From: Longimicrobiales bacterium
GTDB taxonomy: Bacteria; Gemmatimonadota; Gemmatimonadetes; Longimicrobiales; Gaopeijiaceae
NCBI GenBank assembly: GCA_965198065.1
Contig: CBDAON010000004.1
Location: 1,472,001 to 1,536,000 of the forward strand
Length of the DNA: 64,000 bases
Direction: 5' to 3'
Under the pieces are notes generated by a model. The model did not search any database. It had not been told where the DNA came from and saw nothing but the letters and a program-made list of their open reading frames with translations. Shown one piece after another: positions 41,725-52,344 of this stretch (positions within the stretch are counted from its first letter, which is position 1; each line of letters begins with the position of its first letter). The position numbers and the translations under genes are program-made.

Positions 41725-42047
41725 TTCGGGAGTCCCCGTATAAAATATCGTATGTTATATACGGGAACATAGTGGACACACAGCGACAGTGCAACCGGGA
41801 GTGTCCTACATAACTCAATGTGATAGCTATAGTTATAGAATCTTATCAGACACATATGGATTGTATTGGAATCTATGTGTAGCAGACGATTGATCAGCTC
41901 TCCGGGGCAGCTTGCGGTGCCGCGTAGTTGCCGACGCGCGAGCGGCCGCGTTTTCTCGCTCGGCATCCGGGGCCCCGCTATCTTGCGAATGACGCGCGGA
42001 GGCGCGGGCACCGCCCTCCCGGAGCGAACCCACGAGGCGGGAATCCG

Positions 42048-42479
42048 ATGGCGCACGGGGAGGGAACAGATCCGAGCCTGGCCACGAGAGCGCACGAGCT
42101 CTACTGGAACTCCGACCAAAGCGTAAACTCGATCGCGGACGACCTCGGGCTCTCGAAAGGCCGCCTGTACGAGTTGGTGCACCCGTTGCCCGTGGGGGTG
42201 CTCTGCGCGGAGTGCGGGACGGAGCTCGTCTACGACACCCGAACCGCACGCGAGCGGGACCTCCCCACATGTCCGTTTTGTCGTGGGGCTGAGGGCGAGC
42301 CTCGGCCCGCCGCCGGGCTGGCCTCGGCCAAGAGGAGCGGGGCACCGGGGGGTCTCCACACCGCCGGCGACCCGAGTCGCCCGAGCGCTCCCGATTCCGG
42401 AGACCCAGCCCGCGTCCTGGGCGGCCTCTTGATTGGAGTGGCCGCGGCCCTCCTCCTCGTTCGCTACCTCCGCCGGTGA
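42048..42479 (+). CDS. Hypothetical protein: HTH-like region, Zn ribbon, C-terminal TM
   Basis: VNSIADDLGLSK; CAEC..CPFC; hydrophobic tail. Confidence 0.6.
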   Translation: MAHGEGTDPSLATRAHELYWNSDQSVNSIADDLGLSKGRLYELVHPLPVGVLCAECGTELVYDTRTARERDLPTCPFCRGAEGEPRPAAGLASAKRSGAPGGLHTAGDPSRPSAPDSGDPARVLGGLLIGVAAALLLVRYLRR

Positions 42480-43387
42480 GCCCTCCATCCCGCGGTTCCC
42501 CCGCGGGAGAGCCGTCCGAGCCTCCCGTGGCCGCGAAGGACTCGCAGGCCGCCGAGCTCGAGGCTATCCCGGACACGCAGTCCCGGACCGTCGCCGAGCG
42601 ATTCGCCCGGCGGGTCGAGATGCGGGTCCCGGATCGTCACAATCCCCGGCTCCGCGAGACAATGGAATGGGTGAACGCGAACGACGAGCTCTATGCCTAT
42701 TGGGTATCGGCGAACGTGAACGCGATCGAGCGGCAGGGGATGAGCGACCACGGCCCGGTGCACGTGAAGATCGTGATGAACCTCGCGGTCCGTCTCCTGC
42801 GGCTGCTGATGGACGGCGGTGTTGAGCCGGCAGTAGTGACCTCGTTCGGCCTCGAGCGCGAGGACGCAGAGGTGGTGGTGGCACTGGCCGCTCTCTTCCA
42901 CGACCTCGGGATGTCGATCCATCGCCACGACCACGAAAGCTACTCGCTCTTCCTGTCGAAGGACCTACTCGGGGAGCTTCTCCCGAGGATTTACGACGCC
43001 CGGACGGCTGCCGTCCTCCGATCTGAGGTCCTTCACGCGATCATCGGACACCGTAGCGACGGGACGCCCCAGACCCTGGAGGCTGGAGTCGTGCGGATCG
43101 CCGACGCGCTCGACATGGCAAAGGGACGCTCGATAATCCCCTTCGAGGCAGGCTCCGTGAGCATCCATTCGGTGTCCGCCGCGGCCGTGGAGCAGGTGCA
43201 CCTCACGCCGAGTCAGCACAAGCCCGTCCGGATCGGTATCGAGCTGTCGAACTCGGCCGGTATCTTCCAGCTCGACCAGCTGTTTCGAAACAAGCTCAAG
43301 GGAAGCGGGTTGGAGCCATACGTGGAGCTCGACGCCTCCCTAGCGGGGGATAGCGAAAAACGACTTTTTCGCCATTTTCAGCTCTGA
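42476..43387 (+). CDS. HD-superfamily phosphohydrolase (COG3294-like)
   Basis: SDHGPVH, FHDLGMSIHR..H, EAGVVRIADALDMAKGRS. Confidence 0.85.
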   Translation: MSPPSRGSPAGEPSEPPVAAKDSQAAELEAIPDTQSRTVAERFARRVEMRVPDRHNPRLRETMEWVNANDELYAYWVSANVNAIERQGMSDHGPVHVKIVMNLAVRLLRLLMDGGVEPAVVTSFGLEREDAEVVVALAALFHDLGMSIHRHDHESYSLFLSKDLLGELLPRIYDARTAAVLRSEVLHAIIGHRSDGTPQTLEAGVVRIADALDMAKGRSIIPFEAGSVSIHSVSAAAVEQVHLTPSQHKPVRIGIELSNSAGIFQLDQLFRNKLKGSGLEPYVELDASLAGDSEKRLFRHFQL

Positions 43388-43418
43388 CCGAGACCAACAG
43401 GGACACACGGGAGCAACC

Positions 43419-44156
43419 ATGACCTACACGACCCGACCTTCCCCCATCCTCCGGGCGGTTGGCGCCTCGACGTTCCTTATCTTCGCCGCCGCCGGGTGCG
43501 GTGACGAGGGCGCTCAGGTCGAAGCCTCCGCGCAAGCCACGGGGGCCCCGGCCGAGACCCAGACGCTCGACCTGTCCTGGCTCGGCCACGACGAGGGGAA
43601 CGAAGCCACCGCGGCCTTCGGGGTGATCGAGTTCGCCGACTTCGGCTGCATTCACTGCTACAACTTCCATCACGACAGCTATGCGGCCCTGCACGCCGAG
43701 TTCATCGCCTCGGGGGACCTGCTCTGGAAGTACGTCCCCGTGACGCTCGCGGGATTCCCGAACTCCGAGTTGGCCGCGCTCAGCGGAATCTGCGCAGCCG
43801 ACCTGGGCCGGTTCGCGGAAATGCGCGATCACCTCTACGAGACCCAGACCGAGTGGGTCGTGAGCAGTGGAGGGACGGCCCTCTTCGTGGAGTACGCGGC
43901 GAGCGTCGGGCTGAATACCGACCAGTTCCAGGCCTGTCTCTTGGAGCCTCGGGCCATGGCCCGGCTCGAGGCGAACAACGGGATGGCCCGGCAGATCGGG
44001 GTGCGCGGCACCCCCACCTTCCTCATCGCGGGGAGCCCGGTTCAGGGTGCCCCTCCCCTCGAAAACTTCCAGGGGGCGCTTCGGGAGATGATCTCCGAGG
44101 CCCGCGCTCGGGAGAGCGGTGGGGGCGCGGCCCCGCCCCCGGCGGCGAGCCCCTGA
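43419..44156 (+). CDS. DsbA-family lipoprotein
   Basis: Lipobox AAGC; EFADFGCIHC; GVRGTPTF. Confidence 0.88.
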   Translation: MTYTTRPSPILRAVGASTFLIFAAAGCGDEGAQVEASAQATGAPAETQTLDLSWLGHDEGNEATAAFGVIEFADFGCIHCYNFHHDSYAALHAEFIASGDLLWKYVPVTLAGFPNSELAALSGICAADLGRFAEMRDHLYETQTEWVVSSGGTALFVEYAASVGLNTDQFQACLLEPRAMARLEANNGMARQIGVRGTPTFLIAGSPVQGAPPLENFQGALREMISEARARESGGGAAPPPAASP

Positions 44157-45129
44157 CCGGACGGCGGGACGGCCCTGCTCCTGCCCAGCGGGGATCGGCC
44201 AGGCGGGAGTCGTACGTCAGGGTCGCGCCGATCCTCGTCTTCGTGCTGGTAGCCGGCACGGCCTCATGCGGCCCCGCCTTCGTGGGCTTCTCCGCGCCCT
44301 GCACCCTGGCTGCCCCCACCCGTTTCCTCCCCTCCGAGATCGCGGAGAGCAGCGGCCTCGTGGCCAGCCGGAGCCGGCCGGGGGCCTTCTGGACGCACAA
44401 CGATGGGCCGGGGTATGAACCGCTCTACCTGATCGATGCGGGCGGAGGATTGCTTGAGTCCGTTCGGCTGGTCGGCGCGTCCGTTCAGGATTGGGAAGAC
44501 CTCGCGATCGGTGGGTGCGGACCGAACGGCGAGACGATCTGTCTGTACCTCGCCGACACCGGGGACAACGACGAGCGCCGGGACGAGCCCACACTCTACC
44601 GAGTCCCGGAGCCGCCTCCCGGAGCGTCCGAGACGGCACCACTCCAGCGCTTCGCGCTCCGTTTCCCGGACGGCCCGAGAGACGTAGAGGCCCTCTACCT
44701 GCTTCCCGGAGAGCGCCTCTTCCTCGTCACGAAGGGCAGGAACCAGCCGGTGGAGCTCTACCGTGTGCCGGCTCTCCCCACGCTCGAAGCGGTGCCGCCG
44801 GACGTGCCTCTCATGCTCGAGCGCGTTCAGGCCCTCACCTCCGAAGCACCCCCTCTTCCTCAGTGGGTTACGGGGGCGAGCGCCACCCCGGATGGACGCT
44901 TCATCGCCATCCGCACGTACGCGACCCTTCAGCTCTACCGTCCCGGTCCCGGAGGAACGGTGGTTCCCCTGCGGGCGGCCTGGTGAACCTCAGCGTGGTC
45001 GGCGAGGTCCAGGGTGAGGCGGTCGCGTTCGCCTCGGGAACGAATGTCGTCCTGACGAGCGAGGCCGGGCCGCTGGGCGGAAGAGGGACGCTTTCGACGC
45101 TCCGGTGCACACCCGAGGAAGGCCGTTGA
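44153..45129 (+). CDS. Beta-propeller hypothetical lipoprotein, frameshift at ~44975
   Basis: ESSGL, WTHND, DWEDLA, ADTGDN, QGEAV; start uncertain. Confidence 0.65.
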
Positions 45130-45273
45130 GCGACCCGACCTATTCTGCTATGGCGCAGCACCAACCGTGTGCCGGATGGCGACCCACCATGCCTCACGAC
45201 ATGCGCGGGTTCCTCGAGAAACCGTTCCGGACGGAGCGCCTCCTCCGGGAGGTTCGATGGGTCCTGGACTCGG

Positions 45274-45807
45274 ATGGGGAGTGAGGAGCCGGCGGGCCCC
45301 ACGGGCGGCTATGTCGCCCCGGCCGGAACCCGCATCGGGCACGTGCACCTGAAGGGCTCGGATCTCGAGCGCGCCCTGGATTTCTACCGAGGTGTGCTGG
45401 GACTCGACCTGACCCAGCGTTACGGCAGAAGCGCCGCGTTCCTCTCGGCGGGCGGCTATCACCACCACATCGGGTTGAACACGTGGGAGAGCCTCGGTGG
45501 CTCGCCCCCGCCCCGGAGCGCGACCGGACTCTACCACGTCGCCCTTCTCTATCCGGACCGGCCCAGTCTCGCGCGCGCGGTCCGGAGGGTGCTCGATGCC
45601 GGTCTCCAGCTCGAGGGCGCAAGCGACCACGGTGTGAGTGAGGCCGTGTATCTGAGGGACCCCGACGGAAACGGCATCGAGCTCTACCGCGACCGGCCGC
45701 CCGAGGACTGGCCCCGGGAAGCGGACGGCGAGCTCCGCATGGGAACCGGGCCGCTCGACCTCGGGTCGTTACTGGACGACGCCGAGCCCGCAGGCGACGA
45801 CGCCTGA
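45274..45807 (+). CDS. VOC family protein (CatE-like)
   Basis: IGHVHL, GGYHHHIGLNTW, DHGVSEAVYLRDPDGNGIELY. Confidence 0.9.
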   Translation: MGSEEPAGPTGGYVAPAGTRIGHVHLKGSDLERALDFYRGVLGLDLTQRYGRSAAFLSAGGYHHHIGLNTWESLGGSPPPRSATGLYHVALLYPDRPSLARAVRRVLDAGLQLEGASDHGVSEAVYLRDPDGNGIELYRDRPPEDWPREADGELRMGTGPLDLGSLLDDAEPAGDDA

Positions 45808-45810
45808 CCC

Positions 45811-46317
45811 ATGCGCCTCCGCCTCACCTTCCTGGCCGCCGCAGGCCTCGCAGGTTCGCTCGTGGCCATCACTCCTGCTTGGGCCCGAGGCCAGGTCGTT
45901 CTGGGCATTCATGCGGTCGAGGCATCGAGCACCCTCGGCGGATCCACCGGGGCGGGGCTTCGGGCAGGACTCGACCTCCCGCTGCTTCCGTTCGACGTCC
46001 TGGCCTCGGCCGAGTACTTCTTTCCGAGCTGTACGGACGAGCAGGAGGGATGCGCGTTCTGGGGCGCCGCGCTGGACGCGAACGTGGAGATGATCTCCCC
46101 GGTGGTGACTCCGTATGTCTCGGGTGGCGTGGCGTGCCGGAGCTTGAAGCTCTTCGAGGGGGACGACGCGGAGACCGCGTCGGGAGCCAGCGTGGGCGCC
46201 GGGGTCAGCGTTTCGCTCGGCCGGCTTCGCGGATTCGCGGAAGTGCGCTACGAGCTGGTCCAGATCCCCGACCGGCAGACCTTGATCCGCGCGGGGCTCC
46301 TGATCGGGGTCCCCTGA
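45811..46317 (+). CDS. Small outer-membrane beta-barrel protein
   Basis: Signal peptide; TPYVSGG, FAEVRY alternating strands. Confidence 0.7.
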   Translation: MRLRLTFLAAAGLAGSLVAITPAWARGQVVLGIHAVEASSTLGGSTGAGLRAGLDLPLLPFDVLASAEYFFPSCTDEQEGCAFWGAALDANVEMISPVVTPYVSGGVACRSLKLFEGDDAETASGASVGAGVSVSLGRLRGFAEVRYELVQIPDRQTLIRAGLLIGVP

Positions 46318-46320
46318 GGG

Positions 46321-47013
46321 CTACCCCCACACGTCGAAGGGATCGGGCCCCTGGAGTCCCGGATCCACATAGGCGGACAGGAGCTGCACGAGCTCTTCGA
46401 CGAGAGTCTCGCGGGTGAGAGTCGGGGCCTCGTCTCCCGCTCCCGGCGACGCAAGGCCCGTGGCCGAGGGGTCGCCCAGGACCCCGGTAAGGACGCGCGC
46501 GACCAGCGCCGCCTTTGGTAGCTCAATCGCCAGCAGATCCGCCAACTCCCCCGCGAAGAACCTCTCGAGGCGACGCCGGCGCGTGGGCGGGGGATCGTCG
46601 AGTCCATCCAGGAGGGCCAGCCGACTCGCCGGCCCGTCCAGGTAGAGCTCCGCCATCGAGCTCACGACTGCGGCGACCCGTCTCCGGACGGCTCCGCCCG
46701 CCCCCATGGCGTCGCGCGCAACCCTCCACGTCGCCATCGCCTCGTCCAGCGCTCCCTCGCCTAGATAGCGGAGGAAGTCCTCCTTCCCCTGAAAGCGCGC
46801 ATAAAAGGAACCGACGGAGGTGCGGGCCCGCCTCGTGACCCCCGTGATCGTCAGGGCGTCGGGCCCGCCTGCCCGCAGCAAAGCGGCGCCGGCGTTCGCG
46901 AGACGCTCGAGCGTCCGGCGGCTCCTCTCCTGCTGAGGCGCTCGGACAAGCGCTTCCGCAGGGGCGTCGGAACCGCGAATCGGGGCCGGGTCATGGTCGT
47001 TATGCACGTTCAC
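46321..47013 (-). CDS. TetR family regulator
   Basis: PQQERSRRT..LTITGV..SVGSFYARFQGK. Confidence 0.85.
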   Translation of the reverse strand: MNVHNDHDPAPIRGSDAPAEALVRAPQQERSRRTLERLANAGAALLRAGGPDALTITGVTRRARTSVGSFYARFQGKEDFLRYLGEGALDEAMATWRVARDAMGAGGAVRRRVAAVVSSMAELYLDGPASRLALLDGLDDPPPTRRRRLERFFAGELADLLAIELPKAALVARVLTGVLGDPSATGLASPGAGDEAPTLTRETLVEELVQLLSAYVDPGLQGPDPFDVWG

Positions 47014-47217
47014 CGAGAGCTGATAGGAACCGTGCTGGCTCGACGAACAGGGTAAGACCGAGATTGTACTAAAACAAGGATTCTGGTTTTGAGAAGCGGA
47101 TGTGGGCCGTGCGTCAACTCTGCCTGGGGGTCTCGGGATCGACGCGACGCGGGGTCGCATGCGCGGTAAGGTCCAGGGGGTAGCGTCCGGCAACCCGCGA
47201 CATCGGAGGTCCCCAAC

Positions 47218-48100
47218 ATGCCTCGCCACCTCTCGCTTCCGGTCTTTTCGCTGTTCCCGCCACCCTATGCGGCGTTCCTCCCGGTGGACCCGACCGAGGG
47301 ATTTGCGTCCAGGCAGGAGGTGCTGAGGGGGGTGGCGCTGCTCTGGTACATGGAGCAGGGGCACGGCACCGAGGAGCTCGCTTGGGCAGCGACGCGCCCG
47401 CCCGGGGTTCCGCTGATGGTCATCCTGCCGCCGTCTGCCGTCGTGCGGCGTCTGAAGAATCGCGTGCTCGAGATCGTCGAGGAGGCGCGGCCGCAGTCAA
47501 TCCTTCCCTACCACCCCGTCCCCGATCCGGAGGAGATGTGTCACCTTCTCCGTCGTGAACCGGAGGGGCTGGCCGGAGAGCTCGTGGATTTCCTCCACCT
47601 GGCGCGGACTTCGACTGGATCAGGAGACACGGAGGATCGTGCGTCGCGTCGCCGACCTGTCGGCGGAGGTTCGAACCCTGACGGCGCTCGCCCGGGGCGT
47701 CTATCTGTCGCGCCGGGCTCTGGGAAGACGATTCAGGGATCGAGGCCTCCCGGTGCCGTCGCACTGGCTCCAGTTCTGCAGGATCTTGCGCACCGCCATC
47801 AAGCTCCAGAACTGCGACGCGCCCCTCCACGAGGTCGCTCGGTCCCTCGGGTATCCCGACGGCTTCACCCTGAGCAATCAGATGGACCGCCTGGTGGGCA
47901 TACGCCCATCGCTCGCCCGTGAGAGACTGGGATGGGAGTGGGTCGTGGAGGCGTGGCTCCAGTTGGAGGGGAGGAGCAGCGGACTCGAGGTCCCGCTCCC
48001 CGGGCTGGTCGAGTCCGGAGATCGAGGAAGCTCGCAAGGCAGCGCTGCGGTCCCGCCCCGGGGACCTGACCGGTCGGACGCACCGCCTCTCGCCCGTGAC
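47218..48100 (+). pseudogene. AraC-type HTH regulator, frameshift at ~47598
   Basis: LARGVYLSRRALGRRF; VARSLGYPDGFTLSNQM. Confidence 0.65.
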
Positions 48101-48233
48101 CAGAATGGTCGTGACGACGCCGTCGACCGGATTTCGGAGAAGCTCCGTGACCTGCTGCAGGTCTTCGCGTCGTCCTACGAGGGGGGGGATCCTCGGCCAT
48201 CGAGACCGCGGACGCTCGCCGAGCCGCGAGATC

Positions 48234-48705
48234 GCCGAGGCGGGATTGGAAAAACACGCCTGGTTCGAGAGGCCCTCGCGCGCGCTCCGTTCGACGGACT
48301 GCGGGTGCTACAGAGAACCTGCTCGGACTTCGAGCAAACTATCCCTCTGAGCCCGATCCTCCGATCCCTCACGCCGGACTGGGTGGGGCACGCGATCCAC
48401 GAGGTCGGCCACCCGTGGGACTCGATCCTTCTTCCACTGCTACCGGAGCTCTGGCAAGCCGGTCGCCCGGAGTCACCGGCCTTTCGGGGCCAGGCCGAGG
48501 AGGTTCCGAGCGCTACGCGCGAGGCCTTCCTGCGGCTGTTCACGCAGCTGGCCGACACCGACCCGCTGGTGGTCTTTCTGGACGACTTTCACTGGGTCGA
48601 CCGTACGTCGCTCTCGGTCCTCGAGCATCTCCGCGGCCGGTGGACGGGGCGCGGACTGGTGCTGGTGCTCGCACTTAGGCCAGCCGAAGTCCGGCCGACC
48701 TCCCC
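48234..48705 (+). pseudogene. AAA ATPase (LuxR/SARP-type) fragment
   Basis: GGIGKTRLV; LVVFLDDFHWVD; cut at the join with the HD-GYP gene. Confidence 0.65.
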
Positions 48706-48707
48706 CC

Positions 48708-49482
48708 TGGGGTCCCTCGTCTCAATCGCCTTCACGAGCACCCGCAGCAAGTCCCTGTTGGCCGCCTCTAACCTGAACTTCGCGAGGTACGAGTACCGAA
48801 TGAACAAGAGGGGAAGGAGCGAAACGAAGAGGCCGATTACGTGCAGCTCGAAGTAAAGGAATGCTACAAGAATCGCGACGGGAAGCACCATCAGGTCGTT
48901 CAGCACTGTGCCGCCGACCCGGTACGCGGCCTTACGAAGCACAGTCCAGACTTGGTCCTTCTGGCTCAACGCAATCGCAACCGCTACGGCAACGTGGTTG
49001 ATCAACAGGGCGGTGACGCCAAACGCCAACACCGGCCCCACCTGAGGGTTAAAGCCGTCCAATTCCGAACCCGCGACAGCCAGGGGATATCCTCCCGTGG
49101 CCCCGAACAGAGCACCGGCTGCCCACGTCGCCACCACGTACTGAGATGTATTGAAGAGCGCCCGAAGCAGCGGCTTCCTTCGGATGACGAACTCCGCGGA
49201 CGTCGCCGTCACGACGATGAAGAAGACGGCTGGTACTGGTCCGAACAGGAGAATTGCCGCAACCAGGGGCAGGAAGACAAGGGACGACCGCCCGCCGGAC
49301 ACCCCAATGTTGGACGAGAAAGCAGAGCCTTCGGAGAAGACACCAAGAGCTATGAGGGCAAGGAGGCCTAGGACGGCGGATGGGGGGAGATTTACGAGCG
49401 CGCCCCAGTCAGCCAGCACGAGCACTCCCGAAGCGAGGAGCGCAGTGGCAACTACGTAAACGTGGATCGCTCTCAATGGCAT
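48708..49482 (-). pseudogene. Membrane-sensor HD-GYP phosphodiesterase, truncated at the start of the HD-GYP domain
   Basis: Multiple TM helices followed by LVKAIETRDP, then a break. Confidence 0.7.
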
Positions 49483-49536
49483 GCCGATGGATCGCCCCCC
49501 TCTCTGGACCCGTTCCTACCACGTCTGGACCCGTTC

Positions 49537-49608
49537 CTACCACGTGAGGAAGCCGCGTAGGAACCCGAACGCCATAAGGCTGCAGCAGAAGTCAACGAGA
49601 GCACGCAT
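49537..49608 (-). CDS. 23-aa peptide MRALVDFCCSLMAFGFLRGFLTW
   Basis: Strong SD GAGGAGGTGA at 49615-49624; lies directly upstream of the HD-GYP gene. Confidence 0.6.
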   Translation of the reverse strand: MRALVDFCCSLMAFGFLRGFLTW

Positions 49609-49649
49609 AACCGATCACCTCCTCTTGTCCTTAGGACGGGGTGTCGGCC

Positions 49650-49779
49650 GCTGTCACCACCGGGGCGCGCGACGATCCGAGCGGAGAGCACGCCTGTCAG
49701 GCTCGAAAGCAGCCGCTCCGCCTCCTCGATCGTCCAGAGGTGTGGCCCTCCTCTCTCCGCGGGCTTGGCCGGCACTCAT
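49650..49779 (-). pseudogene. N-terminal fragment of a conserved hypothetical protein
   Basis: WTIEEAERLLSSLTGVLSARIVARPGG, then a break. Confidence 0.45.
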
Positions 49780-49821
49780 GCTCTCCCGTGGTCCGGCGGC
49801 GATCTCCGCAACTGGAAATTC

Positions 49822-51256
49822 GAGTGAGTCCCATCTTTAGTTGAAATTGAAGCGGCCTCCAACCTCAGGTAACGTGGGTGTGCGACCACACCACGGGATC
49901 ACAAGAGAGGAAGGAGGCCACCGATGGGAAGGATGCCAAGGCTCGTCGAGCGGGGGCAAGAAGGACCGGCGGCTCGGGGAACCGAGGGAGGTGAGTTGGG
50001 AGGAGATCGAGGCGCTGGAGCTGGACCCTCGGGTGGAGCTGATCCGGCAGCTGATTCCGCTGGGACTGGCGGAGGTGGGCCGGATGCTCGAGGAGGAAGT
50101 GGAGCAACTGGCGGGGCAACGTCACGCCAGGAAGACCGAGGACGATCGACATTGCCGGCATGGGCATAACCCAGGGTCGGTGCGGTTGGGCGGCCAGCGG
50201 CATCCGGTGCGAGTACCGCGGGTGCGAGGCCCGGCCGGAGAGTCGAGGCTGGCGGCGTATGAGCAGCTGCATGGCTCGCCCGGCGAGATGGACGAGGGGC
50301 TGTTTTCGGAAGGTGCTGCTCGGGATCTCGTGCCGGGACTACGAGGCAGCGGTCGAGGCGGTGCCTGGAGCCATCGGGCTGTCGAAGTCGACGGTCTCGC
50401 GGGAGTTCAAGAAGGCCACGGCCGCGAAGCTGAAGGAGTTTCAGGAGCGGGACCTCTCGGGTTACGACGTGGGGTGGCACTCGTCCTGGACGGCAAGAGC
50501 TTTGCCGAGGACGAGATGGTCGTCGCGCTCGGGGTGACGACCAAGGGGGACAAGGTCTTCCTCGGGTTCGTCCAGACCGACACGGAGAACGCCGTGGTGA
50601 TCCGATCCTTCCTTCGGAGTCTGAAGGACCGAGGTCTCGACCTGTCGGCCGGAGCGCTCGTGGTGATCGATGGAGCCCGCGGTCTCCGGAGCGGCGTCCT
50701 GGCGGTCTTCAAGGGACAGGTGCTCATCCAGCGGTGCCAGTGGCACAAGCGGGAGAACGTGATCTCGTATCTGCCGAGAGCGGAGCAGAAGGGCTGGCGC
50801 CAGCGTCTGCAGCGCGCCTACCAGCGGCCCACGTACGAAGAGGCCGTCAAGGACCTCAAGGCCCTGCGCCAGGAGCTCGCGGGGGTGAACCAGTCCGCGG
50901 CGGCCAGTCTCGATGAGGGGTTCGAGGAGACCCTCACCCTCCACCGGTTGGGAGTCTTCCCCCTGGTCGGCCAGTCGCTCAAGACCACCAACGTGCTCGA
51001 GTCCGTGAACGCCCTGGCCGAGCAGAGGTGCGGACGCGTGGACCACTGGAAGAACTCGAGCCAGAAGCACCGATGGCTCGCGACCACGCTCCTGGAGATC
51101 TAGTCACGGCTCCGGAGGTTGCTCGGGTACCGACACCTCCCGCTCCTCAGGGCCGCGATCCAGAAGGACCTCGGGATCACCCTTCCCGAGAGCCGTTCAC
51201 ATGCTGTCGCCTGAGACGGAGGCCGCTCCAGTTTCAACTAACTTTGGGATTGACTC
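49822..51256 (+). mobile_element. IS256-family element with frameshifts and an internal stop
   Basis: 39-bp imperfect IRs; 8-bp TSD GGAAATTC/GGGAATTC; IDGARGL, QRCQWHK.EN, TTNVLESVN; TAG at 51101. Confidence 0.92.
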
Positions 51257-51574
51257 GGGAATTCTCCTGGACCACAAGAACGCAGGTCACCCCTCGGGCC
51301 CTGCTATATAGGCCCAAGAGCCACGCTAGCATGTTGGGTAACGGGCGTCAAATGTTTCCATCACGCAGCAGGAACGGGTGGATCCGGACCGCTCCGCGCA
51401 GCGGGTCCGGACCGAACCCGAGTGAGGATTTGGGGGGTGGGCTCGGAGACGTGCGACCGGCTCGACCCGGTTACGCTCCACAAGTGGAAGCCCCTCGGTA
51501 ACGGACCGCGCAGGCCAGCCCAGCCTGGACCCAGCCTGGACACTCACTTCACGCGGGGGTAGACTACCGGCACC

Positions 51575-52300
51575 ATGCCTCGTCAGCGTTCGCTGGACCG
51601 GCGGCGGCGTCCCTCGGCCGACCTTCCTCGGGTCGGCGCGCTCCTCCTCCTGGGATCGGTACTCTTCGGGCTTTCGCCCCACCCGGTCTCCGCGCAGGAC
51701 TCCCTCTTCGGGATCCAGCCAGGAGACGAGATCGAGATCCGCATCTTCACTCAGTCCGGGGAGCCCCTCGAGGCGGTGTAGGGCGTACGGTACGTGGACC
51801 GCGAGGGACACCTCTTCCTGCCGTTCGTCGGATCCGTCGAGGTGGGGGGGGCTCGACACGGCCGGCATCCGCGCCGCCCTCGAGCGTCGCTTCTCCTCGT
51901 TCTACGACAACCCTGTCGTGGACGTGACTACTCGGTTCCGCGTGAACGTGACCGGGGCGGTTAGAACCCCCGGGCATTACTTCGTGGTGCCGGGCGCGAC
52001 CATCCAGGACGCAGTGGCGCTCGCCGGTGGCATCACGTCCGAGCTCGACACCTCCGTTAGTGGCCAGGGGGGGTCGGACCCGAGCCAGGTGCGACTCATT
52101 CGGGGCGACACCGTCAGGATCCTGGACATGCGGGCCGAGCTCCTCACGAACCCCGAGACCCGCGAACCGGTCGTCTCGGGCGACTGGATTTTCGTCCCGA
52201 TCCGCGAAAGGGCCCGATTCCGCGAGAACCTGGACCTGGCTTCCAACGTGCTGACCGTTATTGGCTCCATCGCGGCGATCATCGTGGTGGTCACCCGATA
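51575..52300 (+). pseudogene. Polysaccharide export / SLBB-domain protein, interrupted
   Basis: IQPGDEI, LPFVG, VTGAVRTPG, ALAGG, SGDWIFVP; TAG at 51779 and G-run frameshift at ~51850. Confidence 0.75.
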
Positions 52301-52344
52301 GGGCCCGAAGGGTCTCCGTCCCCGCCCGAGTCGCTTCGACCCAA

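Larger units (their letters stand above)
13990..41890. mobile_element. Composite, decayed genomic (defence) island with an integrase at the right end
   Basis: Truncates DUF1501; AT-rich ends; integrase, relaxase, IS fragments, cas and defence genes; 22.8-26.8 kb part looks like core genome. Confidence 0.6.
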
